In this document: piece by piece, positions 31,075 through 39,952 of the stretch
How positions within the stretch are numbered: position 1 is the stretch's first letter
Layout of the letters: the number at the start of each line of letters is the position of its first letter
Source: Nitrospirota bacterium
GTDB lineage: Bacteria > Nitrospirota > UBA9217
DNA length: 64,000 nt
Assembly (NCBI GenBank): GCA_963737155.1
Contig: CAVTRN010000002.1
Span: forward strand, 2,240,001-2,304,000
Direction: 5' to 3'
Notes under the pieces: model-generated
Databases searched by the model: none
What the model was told of the DNA's origin: nothing
What the model saw: the letters and a program-made list of their open reading frames with translations, nothing else
Position numbers and translations under genes: made by a program

Positions 31075-31167
31075 CGTTAACCGGCAGCAGCACTGTTCGG
31101 CTGCCGTCATAGTATATGGAAATAAAATACTATGGTTCCAGGAACGGTTCTAATGGCATCTACAGTA
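30900..31167 (+). ncRNA. Putative omegaRNA/reRNA scaffold plus guide of the TnpB-like gene
   Basis: Successive stems: 30927-34/30965-72, 30974-81/31014-21, 31082-88/31100-06, 31108-15/31127-34; ends in CAGGAACGG at 31147. Boundaries are inferred. Confidence 0.55.
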
Positions 31168-31336
31168 TGCTTTTTGACGCCAAAAGTGCATTTGCTAATA
31201 TCGGTTGCTGTTGATCCGTCTGAAACCCGAGACTTTTTGTGGAGACAGTTTGAAATTGCGACATAACACCATACAATTATTGACAATACCATATTAATTT
31301 GTTAACCTCAATATTGAGGATATTCTTCCATCCAAC

Positions 31337-32719
31337 ATGAACAATCCGTTCCCCTTCCCGATTCTTGACTGGCTTGTCCCGTCGCGACTCTTTGCCCGCA
31401 TGAGTATTGCAAGCAAAATGCTCCTGGGATACATGACACTTGTGACACTCACTGTCATTGTCGTCATTTACGCACTGGTCAATCTCCAGCGTATCAACAG
31501 CCTGAACCGGAGCATCGTCAAGGTTGACATCATCGTGAAGGAAACTTCGGACAAAATGCTCGACTCTCTTCTCGGCCAGGACATGTACGAAAAACGGTTC
31601 TTGATTCTGAAAAGTCCTGATATGTCATCTCTTTTCGATAAGCGTGGCCGGGAATTTAATGCGTGGCTCGTTGCGTTGCTAGACCTGCCAGACGAGTCGA
31701 ACCTGCCGCTTTCGGAAATCAGTAGGCTGCATACCCAGTATACCAACCTTTTCAGCCAAGAAGTCGAGCTAATCAGGGACAATAATGTGGAAAAAGCCAA
31801 TGCCCTATCGCATGATGAGATGAAAAAAGTTTTGGACGCCATCATGGGTACACTAAAAACTATGTCTTCTGACGCTAAGAGTTCACAGGATAGAAAGGTG
31901 CAGGAGATCAGTGACATCGGACACAAGGCATTCCTTACGACGGCCCTCCTCTGTCTCTTCAGTATTATTGCTGGAGCCGTTGCGGGTCTGGTGGTCACCC
32001 ACCACATTTCCTCTTCTCTTAACAAGCTCAAAGTGGCCACCGCTCACATCGCTGAAGGTAATTTCGACTACGACCCCGAAATTAAAACAGATGACGAAAT
32101 TGGCAGGCTTTCCGAGGCATTTCTCGCCATGGGAAAACGGTTGAGGAAACTGGAGGAAATGTACCTCGACGCAAGTCCCCTTACCCGACTGCCGGGCGGC
32201 ATCGCAATTGAAAACATCCTCAAGAAACGACTGGAATCTAAACAGCCTCTCGCCTTTTGTGTCCTCGACATAGATAATTTCAAAGCATTTAACGACCGTT
32301 ACGGTTATGCGAATGGAAGTGAGGTAATTAAAGAGACTGCCAAAATCATAGAAGACATTGTTAAATCAAAAGGCGGAGCGGATGACTTTATCGGCCATGT
32401 CGGCGGTGATGATTTCGTTATCGTTACAGAACCGCTCCGCATGCGCGAAATATCCTCCGGAATAACAGCTGCTTTCGATAAGCGGATACCATTGTTTTAT
32501 GAACCAGGCGACCGGGAACGGGGCTATATCCAGGGAAAAACAAGACAAGGCATTGAAATGCATTTCCCCATAATGACCATATCCATTGCCATCGTAACGA
32601 ACGAACGACTAAAGTTGACGAACGCGCTTGAGGCTTCCGAAATCGCTGCGGAGCTTAAGGATTATGCAAAGACGATCCCCGGCAGCGTCTTTGTTGTGGA
32701 CAAGAGGAGGAGTGGGTGA
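31337..32719 (+). CDS. Membrane HAMP-GGDEF protein (putative diguanylate cyclase)
   Basis: Two TMs, HAMP, DIDNFKAFNDRYGY, HVGGDDF. Confidence 0.88.
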   Translation: MNNPFPFPILDWLVPSRLFARMSIASKMLLGYMTLVTLTVIVVIYALVNLQRINSLNRSIVKVDIIVKETSDKMLDSLLGQDMYEKRFLILKSPDMSSLFDKRGREFNAWLVALLDLPDESNLPLSEISRLHTQYTNLFSQEVELIRDNNVEKANALSHDEMKKVLDAIMGTLKTMSSDAKSSQDRKVQEISDIGHKAFLTTALLCLFSIIAGAVAGLVVTHHISSSLNKLKVATAHIAEGNFDYDPEIKTDDEIGRLSEAFLAMGKRLRKLEEMYLDASPLTRLPGGIAIENILKKRLESKQPLAFCVLDIDNFKAFNDRYGYANGSEVIKETAKIIEDIVKSKGGADDFIGHVGGDDFVIVTEPLRMREISSGITAAFDKRIPLFYEPGDRERGYIQGKTRQGIEMHFPIMTISIAIVTNERLKLTNALEASEIAAELKDYAKTIPGSVFVVDKRRSG

Positions 32720-33171
32720 AAAAGGCAATTAGTCTGTGTCTTTTGATTATAATCTTTGGGTGTGTACCTTTTAAACCTACGCCAAAGCCCCGAGTTATTG
32801 CCGGTCCCGAGGCCGATATGCGGAGGGCTGTTGCTTTTGAAAAAGAGAAAAGATACCCTGATGCCATTGCGGCGTATCGCAAGATCTTGACCAATTATCC
32901 CCAGTCGCCCGTTGCATCTGATGCGCTTTTCGCGATCGCCCACCTGCACGCCTTCTATGATAACCCGCAGAAGGATTATACAAAGGCGCTTGCTGATTTT
33001 GAGAACTTTGAGAAACGGTATCCTAACCATGAAAAAGCTGAGGAGGCTAAAAATTGGCAGGCAGTTCTCAAATTGATCATTGACATGAGAAAGGAAAATA
33101 GCCTTCTGCACATGAGCATTGATCAACTTGAAAAGGAAGATATTCGGCATGAGGAGAAGCGAAAACAGTAG
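32716..33171 (+). CDS. TPR lipoprotein (BamD/YfiO-like repeats)
   Basis: Lipobox IFGC; YPQSPVASDALF and YPNHEKA helical repeats. Confidence 0.7.
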   Translation: MKKAISLCLLIIIFGCVPFKPTPKPRVIAGPEADMRRAVAFEKEKRYPDAIAAYRKILTNYPQSPVASDALFAIAHLHAFYDNPQKDYTKALADFENFEKRYPNHEKAEEAKNWQAVLKLIIDMRKENSLLHMSIDQLEKEDIRHEEKRKQ

Positions 33172-33173
33172 GG

Positions 33174-34055
33174 CTAATGAAGCGATTTTGCCAATGGTGA
33201 AAGGTAAGGCTCCAACTCGGATCGGCTTGAACTTCTTATCTTCCCATCCTTGGTTATATAAAAGCTGCCTCCATAGGGGTCCTGCGGCAATTGACTGAGT
33301 ATTTTCTGTTTCACGAGTTCGTCGACATTCGCTGGCGTTCGCCCTAATTTCTTTTTATATAAATCAATTCCTTTTTCGAGCACAACTATTGATCGCAGGG
33401 CCTTGATGCGAATCTCATACCGTTTTTTAACAGTCATATCTTCCGAATTCTTTGTTAACTCTTCTAAAAAATATAAAGCGTTTTCTGTTCGGTTTTCTTT
33501 GAAGGCAAGTCTTGCTGCTATACTTGCGAAGAGAGGATCACCACCAGGCCTTCGAGATGCTTCCATAAGGTATTCCGACGCTTTGCCGTCATTATGGAGA
33601 AAGAAAAAATTATTGAAACCAATATAAAAAGGCAGCCGCCAATCCCAATTTCGATAACGATTTCCCTTTTCAAGGAGGCGATTTGCCTCCTCCGTTTTAC
33701 CTGCATCCCAAGGCAGAAAAGCATTGGCGTACAGATAGGGATCTAAAAAATAAGGGTCCAAATCAGTGGTGATATCAAGAACTTTAGCAAACCACTCCCA
33801 TTCCCATGCTTTGACCTTTGGACTTTCCTTTCTCTCTGATGCGCCTCCAATAAAACCCATTGATTTCAGAAAGAGCACATCCGATACAACCCCCTGAAAC
33901 TCCAAAGACATTATTTTCAGGACCGGCGAAGGAATGACAAAATCGCTGTCATCGCTCTGAGGGAGTCTCTTTACCGACTCTCCGGCTTTACCCAAAATGA
34001 TGATATGGAGGCAAACCATGAACAAGAGCAGACTGACGAGGAACACCCGTCGCAT
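33174..34055 (-). CDS. Pilus-associated membrane-anchored TPR-like protein (PilG/Xap-like)
   Basis: N-terminal TM, TDLDPYF, WRLPFYIGFN, C-terminal LPQDPYGG; follows the pilin-linked ABC genes. Confidence 0.6.
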   Translation of the reverse strand: MRRVFLVSLLLFMVCLHIIILGKAGESVKRLPQSDDSDFVIPSPVLKIMSLEFQGVVSDVLFLKSMGFIGGASERKESPKVKAWEWEWFAKVLDITTDLDPYFLDPYLYANAFLPWDAGKTEEANRLLEKGNRYRNWDWRLPFYIGFNNFFFLHNDGKASEYLMEASRRPGGDPLFASIAARLAFKENRTENALYFLEELTKNSEDMTVKKRYEIRIKALRSIVVLEKGIDLYKKKLGRTPANVDELVKQKILSQLPQDPYGGSFYITKDGKIRSSSRSELEPYLSPLAKSLH

Positions 34056-34871
34056 TTAAGGAAACTCCTTTTTTCTGAAAATCAATGCAGCCAAAGTTAT
34101 GGTCAGTGCAATGTAGACCAAACCATACATTACAGACCATGCGATAAACGATGCGGGTACTGATATGCCGTGTGCTGCCTGAAGTTTGATGTTGAAGAGA
34201 GAAAGATTGGGGAAAATATAATAAGCAACCTGAATCATTTTCGATGTCACGGGAGAAATCGTGAATCCCAGATCCTTAGGCGAGGACTCAATAAGAGCTT
34301 TAACTCCGCTCATGGATGACCCGATGATATAGGTTATAATACTCAAGATCAGAGTAACAAACGACGAAGAGGTAAATGATGAAAAAAGAAAACTTACTGC
34401 GGACAGAAGTATCAACATAATAATTATGAAAAAAATCGCGAGGAAAACGACCGGCCATGAAAAGTGAATGAAATAACTCGTAAAAACTAAATTCAAGACA
34501 AATATAAGAGATAAAGCCATTAAACTTAAAACAGACATTGCTGTACAAATGAGGAGAACCATACCGAAAAACTTGCCGAAGATGTACTGAGATCGTGAAA
34601 TCGGCCGTGACAGGACTGAATAGATAGTACGCCTGTCCAGGTCCTTTGCCATCACATTTATCCCTATAAACAACACTAGAATAAGTCCAGAAAAGGATAC
34701 CGTTGAGAGGGCCAAATCAATGGTAACTTTGCCCACATCCATGGGGATCAAAGTTGCTAATAAGGCAGTGGTCCCGAAGAGCAGTAGCGCAAAGAGGGTA
34801 AGTCCATAAATAGCCTTGTTTCTAATGCCTTCTTTGAAGGTGACCACTGCTATTGGCCAGAGAACGGTCAT
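34056..34871 (-). CDS. ABC transporter permease (PilI/Xap-like)
   Basis: FKEGIRNK, DLDRRTIYSVLSRPISRSQYIFGKF, about 6 TMs. Confidence 0.85.
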   Translation of the reverse strand: MTVLWPIAVVTFKEGIRNKAIYGLTLFALLLFGTTALLATLIPMDVGKVTIDLALSTVSFSGLILVLFIGINVMAKDLDRRTIYSVLSRPISRSQYIFGKFFGMVLLICTAMSVLSLMALSLIFVLNLVFTSYFIHFSWPVVFLAIFFIIIMLILLSAVSFLFSSFTSSSFVTLILSIITYIIGSSMSGVKALIESSPKDLGFTISPVTSKMIQVAYYIFPNLSLFNIKLQAAHGISVPASFIAWSVMYGLVYIALTITLAALIFRKKEFP

Positions 34872-35611
34872 GCTGCACTACCTCCTTCCGCTATCGCGAC
34901 CTGTTGCATGAAAACCGATTCAAGGTTTAAATTGCCGGAAAGAAGATTATCGATGGTGTCGACCCGCCTGAGTCGCCCGTTGATAATTATTCCTGCCCGG
35001 TCACTAAAACGTTCTATATCATTCAGAATATGTGAAGAGAAGAAAACCGTTTTTCCCTGGCCTTTTAACTCAATAATCAAATCGCCAACCATTTTTCTGC
35101 CGATAGGGTCAAGACCACTCATCGGCTCGTCCAGAAGGACAACATCAGGATCGTGAATCAGCGCGAATGCCAACCCAGCCCTTTGAATCATCCCTTTTGA
35201 ATACGTCCTGAGTGGCCTCTTTCGGGCATTTTGAAGATTGACCTTGTTGATAAGAAAATCGGAACGTTCATGCACATCTTTAGAATTCATTCCAGCCGAT
35301 TTCCCGCCGAACCAAAGGAGTTCATCCGCTGTAAGATAGTCATAATAATAAGGGTTTTCCGGTAGATATCCCACAAGCCTGCGTGCATCGGGATTATTGG
35401 CATCTTTGCCGGCGATCAAGGCACTGCCTGTATCAGGAAAAATAAAGTTCATGAGGATTTTTATCGTTGTTGATTTCCCCGCTCCGTTAGGGCCAAGAAA
35501 CCCGAACACTTCTCCTTTATGGATTTCCAGATCGAGCTTATTGAGCGCTCTTACTTTCCTCCCTCGAATGCCTTCTTTAAATTCTTTCGATATTTCAATA
35601 AGCTTAATCAT
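34868..35611 (-). CDS. ABC transporter ATP-binding protein (PilH/Xap-like)
   Basis: GPNGAGKST, YSKGMIQR, LLDEP, SSH. Confidence 0.92.
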   Translation of the reverse strand: MIKLIEISKEFKEGIRGRKVRALNKLDLEIHKGEVFGFLGPNGAGKSTTIKILMNFIFPDTGSALIAGKDANNPDARRLVGYLPENPYYYDYLTADELLWFGGKSAGMNSKDVHERSDFLINKVNLQNARKRPLRTYSKGMIQRAGLAFALIHDPDVVLLDEPMSGLDPIGRKMVGDLIIELKGQGKTVFFSSHILNDIERFSDRAGIIINGRLRRVDTIDNLLSGNLNLESVFMQQVAIAEGGSAA

Positions 35612-35790
35612 TTTAGGAGTCTCTGCTCGTCTCTCAAAGGATATTTTAGTAAAAAAACATGAGACTATAATTTACACCAATGTAGCACAATTTTGAAGAG
35701 GGTTTTACTACGCTATCGTTGGCATCGTAAGCATCTGGCGGGTATCGCAGGCGTATTGGATCTCAGTGTCTTTAGTAGGCTCTACTATCA

Positions 35791-35916
35791 TTGTTGAGTA
35801 TATCATTCTGGTGTTCATTTGTCCGCTCATCAGCGGTACTATCTTATTTGGTTGCTTCGCAACCAGCGCTTTAACCCCACCCTGAAGAAACAGGTGTTTT
35901 CGGCGCAGTAGGATAA
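35791..35916 (-). mobile_element. IS200/IS605 left-end remnant
   Basis: Minus strand TTATCCTACTGCGCCGAAAACACC..CTTCAGGGTGGGGTTAAAGCGCTGGTTGCGAAGCAACC resembles the end next to tnpA at 54630-54700 and the segment at 58849-58941. Confidence 0.6.
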
Positions 35917-35997
35917 CTTTGCACTTCCGCGTTGCCAATCAAGCTCCATGCCTATTTCTGTATATATCAATCATGCTGTCATACACGGCATACATAA

Positions 35998-36032
35998 ATA
36001 TACAGGCCGGGGGAATACCCCGGCCTGTATAT
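35998..36032 (-). terminator. Pilin terminator, copy 1
   Basis: ATATACAGGCCGGGG-loop-CCCCGGCCTGTATAT 15-bp stem just after the pilin stop. Confidence 0.8.
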
Positions 36033-36064
36033 ATTTTATTTTGATACTATTGCTATTAAACTGA

Positions 36065-36640
36065 TTACAATGTTGCCCAGGCAGTCGTGCAAGTTCCGCC
36101 AGGAGCATTAACCAAGTTACTGGTAGTAGCAGTTCCAGATATGTCACCAACCTTTACCTCTGCGCCTAAGGCAGAACCAGTAGCATTTTGGGACCAATAT
36201 AGAGACGTCGTTGTGGAATCCATCCCATAACACCGATTTCCCGAAGTATTATCTGAAACTCCGGTATAAGTAACACCTGAACCATTCGCATTAATTAATA
36301 AAGAATCGTTTTGGGAAAGACCAAAATTTATGAACGTAGCAGAAGATGGAATTGTTGTACCATTAATTGCATTTTGAGCAACCATGGTGCTAACTGTTGC
36401 GTTGGTGATCACAGTTCCAACGGCACCATTACCTGCAGTCGATACATACGCCTGCCAATCAGAGTAGAAAGCTTCTTCCGAGGTGCGGGCATTGCGAAGG
36501 TCAGCCAATGCGGCGGCATTATAACCTTTCATACGATACTGAGAAAACTGAGGAATGGCGATAGCAGCCAAAATGGCAATGATGGCTACCACGATAAGGA
36601 GTTCGATAAGGGTAAAACCTTTGCTGTTTTTAATCTTCAT
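36065..36640 (-). CDS. pilA: Type IVa major pilin, copy 1
   Basis: KG|FTLIELLIVVAIIAILAAIAIPQF class III signal, C-terminal Cys pair; GGAGGT RBS before ATG 36640. Confidence 0.93.
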   Translation of the reverse strand: MKIKNSKGFTLIELLIVVAIIAILAAIAIPQFSQYRMKGYNAAALADLRNARTSEEAFYSDWQAYVSTAGNGAVGTVITNATVSTMVAQNAINGTTIPSSATFINFGLSQNDSLLINANGSGVTYTGVSDNTSGNRCYGMDSTTTSLYWSQNATGSALGAEVKVGDISGTATTSNLVNAPGGTCTTAWATL

Positions 36641-36780
36641 TTGTTTACCTCCCATAAAGTTAGTTGTGATAAAAGAACAAAATTGTTATATTTCATCAAT
36701 ACTCACTACTTCTGTTCAGAGATTTATACGGAATACTTACCCTCCTCTCTTTTGCTTTGCGTTTCTGTTATTTTAAAATA

Positions 36781-36796
36781 TGCACAATATATGCCA
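36781..36796 (-). promoter_or_regulatory. Sigma54 -24/-12 promoter of pilin copy 1
   Basis: TGGCATATATTGTGCA (GG-N10-GC), conserved in both copies. Confidence 0.8.
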
Positions 36797-36856
36797 TGAA
36801 ATAACGTTTGTATTATCAATTACTTATATTTAATATAATCTTAAAATGCCGTTATT

Positions 36857-36874
36857 TGTCATTACACACTGACA
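36857..36874. promoter_or_regulatory. Putative enhancer-binding-protein (PilR-type) site
   Basis: TGTCA-N8-TGACA about 60 bp upstream of the sigma54 box, conserved in both copies. Confidence 0.6.
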
Positions 36875-37061
36875 AAATATGTCACAAGCAGCAACTCCGG
36901 GACAAAGTTTTCAAACCTTTATGACCCTCTAAAATACCACAGCCGTAAGCTCTCTCTGACCGAAGAGCAAATTTGCATTCACTGTTTTGCTTGACCTTTA
37001 TTGCAAATCTTTTTTAATAAGATATAAAAGAACAGGAGGTATCGCCCATGACACACCTCAT

Positions 37062-37195
37062 ATGCGATATATCATCGGGAATAACGTCTGCTTTCGATAA
37101 GCGGATACCGTTGTTTTACGAACCAGGAGACCGGGAACGAAGCTCTATCAAGGGAAAACAAGAAAAGACGTTTAAATTCATTTTCCCATAATGAC
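37062..37195 (+). pseudogene. Diverged fragment of the GGDEF gene (copy of about 32441-32577)
   Basis: CTGCTTTCGATAAGCGGATACC.TTGTTTTA.GAACCAGG.GACCGGGAACG shared with the GGDEF gene. Confidence 0.85.
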
Positions 37196-37389
37196 TCTTT
37201 CTGGTGTTCATTTGTCCGCTCATCAGCGGTACTATCTTATTTGGTTGCTTCGCAACCAGCGCTTTAACCCCACCCTGAAGAAACAGGTGTTTTCGGCGCA
37301 GTAGGATAACTTTGCACTTCCGCGTTGCCAATCAAGCTCCATGCCTATTTCTGTATATATCAGTCATACTGTCTATACACAGCATATAT

Positions 37390-37432
37390 AAATATATACA
37401 GGCCGGGGGGATACCCCGGCCTGTATATATTT
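37390..37432 (-). terminator. Pilin terminator, copy 2
   Basis: AAATATATACAGGCCGGGG-loop-CCCCGGCCTGTATATATTT. Confidence 0.8.
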
Positions 37433-37460
37433 TATTTTGATACTATTGCTATTAAACTGA

Positions 37461-38036
37461 TTACAATGTTGCCCAGGCAGTCGTGCACGTTCCGGCAGGA
37501 GCATTAACCAAGTTACTGGTAGTAGCAGTTCCAGATATGTCACCAACCATTACCACTGCGCCTAAGGCAGCGCCGGTAGCATTTTGGGACCAATATAGAG
37601 ACGTCGTTGTGGAATCCATCCCATAACACCGATTTCCCGAAGTATTATCTGAAACTCCGGTATAAGTAACACCTGAACCATTCGCATTAATTAATAAAGA
37701 ATCGTTTTGGGAAAGACCAAAATTTATGAACGTAGCAGAAGATGGAATTGTTGTACCATTAATTGCATTTTGAGCAACCATGGTGCTAACTGTTGCGTTG
37801 GTGATCACAGTTCCAACGGCACCATTACCTGCAGTCGATACATACGCCTGCCAATCAGAGTAGAAAGCTTCTTCCGAGGTGCGGGCATTGCGAAGGTCAG
37901 CCAATGCGGCAGCATTATAACCTTTCATACGATACTGAGAAAACTGAGGAATGGCGATAGCAGCCAAAATGGCAATGATGGCTACCACGATAAGGAGTTC
38001 GATAAGGGTAAAACCTTTGCTGTTTTTAATCTTCAT
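37461..38036 (-). CDS. pilA: Type IVa major pilin, copy 2
   Basis: Same as copy 1 except 4 residues near the C-terminus. Confidence 0.93.
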   Translation of the reverse strand: MKIKNSKGFTLIELLIVVAIIAILAAIAIPQFSQYRMKGYNAAALADLRNARTSEEAFYSDWQAYVSTAGNGAVGTVITNATVSTMVAQNAINGTTIPSSATFINFGLSQNDSLLINANGSGVTYTGVSDNTSGNRCYGMDSTTTSLYWSQNATGAALGAVVMVGDISGTATTSNLVNAPAGTCTTAWATL

Positions 38037-38163
38037 TTGTTTACCTCCCATAAAGTTAGTTGTGATAAAAGAACAAAATTGTTATATTTCATCAATACTG
38101 ACTACTTGTTTAGAGATTTATACGGAATACTTACCTCCTCTCTTTTGCTTTGCGTTTATGTTA

Positions 38164-38179
38164 TGCACAATATATGCCA
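38164..38179 (-). promoter_or_regulatory. Sigma54 -24/-12 promoter of pilin copy 2
   Basis: TGGCATATATTGTGCA. Confidence 0.8.
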
Positions 38180-38242
38180 TTATGTAGCGTTAGCATTATC
38201 AATTATTTACATTTAATATTACAATATTAAGATGCCGGAATT

Positions 38243-38260
38243 TGTCATTACACATTGACA
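38243..38260. promoter_or_regulatory. Putative PilR-type site, copy 2
   Basis: TGTCA-N8-TGACA. Confidence 0.6.
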
Positions 38261-38325
38261 AAAAATGTAACAAGGTGTTTTCTTGACAAGATGTTTGTCG
38301 GATGTTAGCATCAATCTGACCCTCT

Positions 38326-39570
38326 ATGATAATAACATCTTCATTATTAATCACTTGTAATTCCCACGCTACGGCAATTGCCGATGGGGCCATATTTATA
38401 GACAAAGGAATTATTCGTGCTATTGGCCCACTGTGTAACATTACGCAACAATTTCCTTATGCGAAGGTCATTCAGCTGCAAAATGCCCTGTTAATGCCTG
38501 GACTAATCAACACACATACCCATCTCGAACTTCCCGAGCTTCTCAACACGATACGGAGTAAGAATTTTACGGACTGGATTTTAAATCTTATTGCTGCTAA
38601 AAAAAAATTGGTCAATAAAGACTACACAATAGCGATGCACAACAATATCAGCACGCTCGTCCAAACAGGCACCACTATGGTTGGAGAAATATCCACCCAC
38701 GGCATAAGTTATGACCTGTTAAAAAGGAGCGGCCTCAGGGCAATAGTGTATCACGAAAACATAAACATGGCGTCAGATAGAAATGGTCATGGACCGAAAA
38801 ATAGCTTGTTTACAAGAGGAGACTCAGTGCTCGTTCAATCCGGTCTTTCTCCTCATTCGCCCTATACTGTTTCACAAGCAGTTTTACTCAATATCCGGAA
38901 AGCAGCACACACGAAGAATTTCAGGCTGACCATGCATATCGCAGAATCAAAAGAAGAGAACCGGTTGCTGCAACGAAAATCGAGCGGGCTTGAAAAGCTC
39001 TACCAATTCGCTGGCTGGAACCTTGACTGGGCCCCGATGGGTTCTTCGCCCTTCGAATATCTGCACAGAATCGGATTCCTATCCTCTAACCTTCTCGCCG
39101 TGCATGCGGTTCAGGTTATGGACAAGGACATCAGCCTCATAAAAAACAAAAATGTTTCGGTTGCACACTGCCCGAGGAGCAATAAAGAAACTGGTGTGGG
39201 CAGAATGCCGCTGAAACAGTTCTTGGATGCGGGGATCAGCGTAGGTCTCGGCACTGACAGCCTTGCCAGTTCCCCAACTCTTAATATGTGGGACGAGATG
39301 CGCTATGCTTACAGAATTCACCGTCATGACGGGCTCACTCCGAAGGACATCATTTTTCTCGCCACTTCCGGAGGCGCCCGTGCCATGGGAATGGACAAAC
39401 AAATCGGGGTACTTGAGCGAGGAATGAAAGCAGATGTTATTGCGGTTGCCTTACCGACAAAAAATACCGGTGATATCTATTCAGACTTGCTTAGAGAAAC
39501 AAAATCCTGTATTATAAACGTCGTTAATGGAAAGATTCTCTACCAAAAAGATGTTTTTAAACCTGTTTAA
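38326..39570 (+). CDS. Amidohydrolase, probable aminodeoxyfutalosine deaminase
   Basis: PGLINTHTHLE, SPHSPYTVS, HIAES, HCPRSN, GTDSLAS; upstream of mqnE-mqnC. Confidence 0.75.
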   Translation: MIITSSLLITCNSHATAIADGAIFIDKGIIRAIGPLCNITQQFPYAKVIQLQNALLMPGLINTHTHLELPELLNTIRSKNFTDWILNLIAAKKKLVNKDYTIAMHNNISTLVQTGTTMVGEISTHGISYDLLKRSGLRAIVYHENINMASDRNGHGPKNSLFTRGDSVLVQSGLSPHSPYTVSQAVLLNIRKAAHTKNFRLTMHIAESKEENRLLQRKSSGLEKLYQFAGWNLDWAPMGSSPFEYLHRIGFLSSNLLAVHAVQVMDKDISLIKNKNVSVAHCPRSNKETGVGRMPLKQFLDAGISVGLGTDSLASSPTLNMWDEMRYAYRIHRHDGLTPKDIIFLATSGGARAMGMDKQIGVLERGMKADVIAVALPTKNTGDIYSDLLRETKSCIINVVNGKILYQKDVFKPV

Positions 39571-39952
39571 TCCTTGGTATCTTCGGTTTCGGTCCTTGCC
39601 ATTCTTAAGAGACAACATATGAAGTTGTTTCAGCCAACTCTTGTCTTTTTCTGGGCCCATTGTTTCTGGTTGTTTCTGGTAATGAGACCTCCGTACAGCA
39701 ATATGGCACCACGATGATGCAGGCGTTACAAGAGTGCCCAATACCTTGATGTTAACGTAATCATTCAGCAGGTTCAGAAATCAATCCGGGAATTATATGC
39801 GCGTACGTTAGGTATCCTGCTGACCTTAACAAGCTATCAACATCAAGCGACCTTAACTTGCAGAACGACAATTATGTTTATAACCCCGAGAATGGAGCTC
39901 TGACAGAAAAGAAATAATTTTTTTCCCGGTGAGACGCAAAACCTTCTTAAAA

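Larger units (their letters stand above)
35806..36886. repeat. Tandem duplication copy 1 (pilin cassette)
   Basis: Direct repeat of 37199-38272, offset about 1.39 kb. Confidence 0.95.
37199..38272. repeat. Tandem duplication copy 2 (pilin cassette)
   Basis: Direct repeat of 35806-36886. Confidence 0.95.

Noticed and set aside
31151-31159. Predicted TnpB guide shares TAATGGCAT with the pilin copy 2 sigma54 promoter (38174-38182, minus)
   Set aside because: A 9-nt match is expected by chance in 128 kb of both strands; it does not start at the first guide base and lacks the predicted TAM.
29240-31340. CRISPR array beside the Cas12/TnpB-like gene
   Set aside because: No repeat-spacer periodicity on either side.
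35708-35938. Duplicated small ORF MATRKCKV.. (also 37116-37331)
   Set aside because: Reads across an IS-end remnant, and the two copies have unrelated C-termini; likely spurious.
36092-36179. Pilin variants as a diversity-generating retroelement TR/VR pair
   Set aside because: Differences are not adenine-specific, and no intact reverse transcriptase is in the window.
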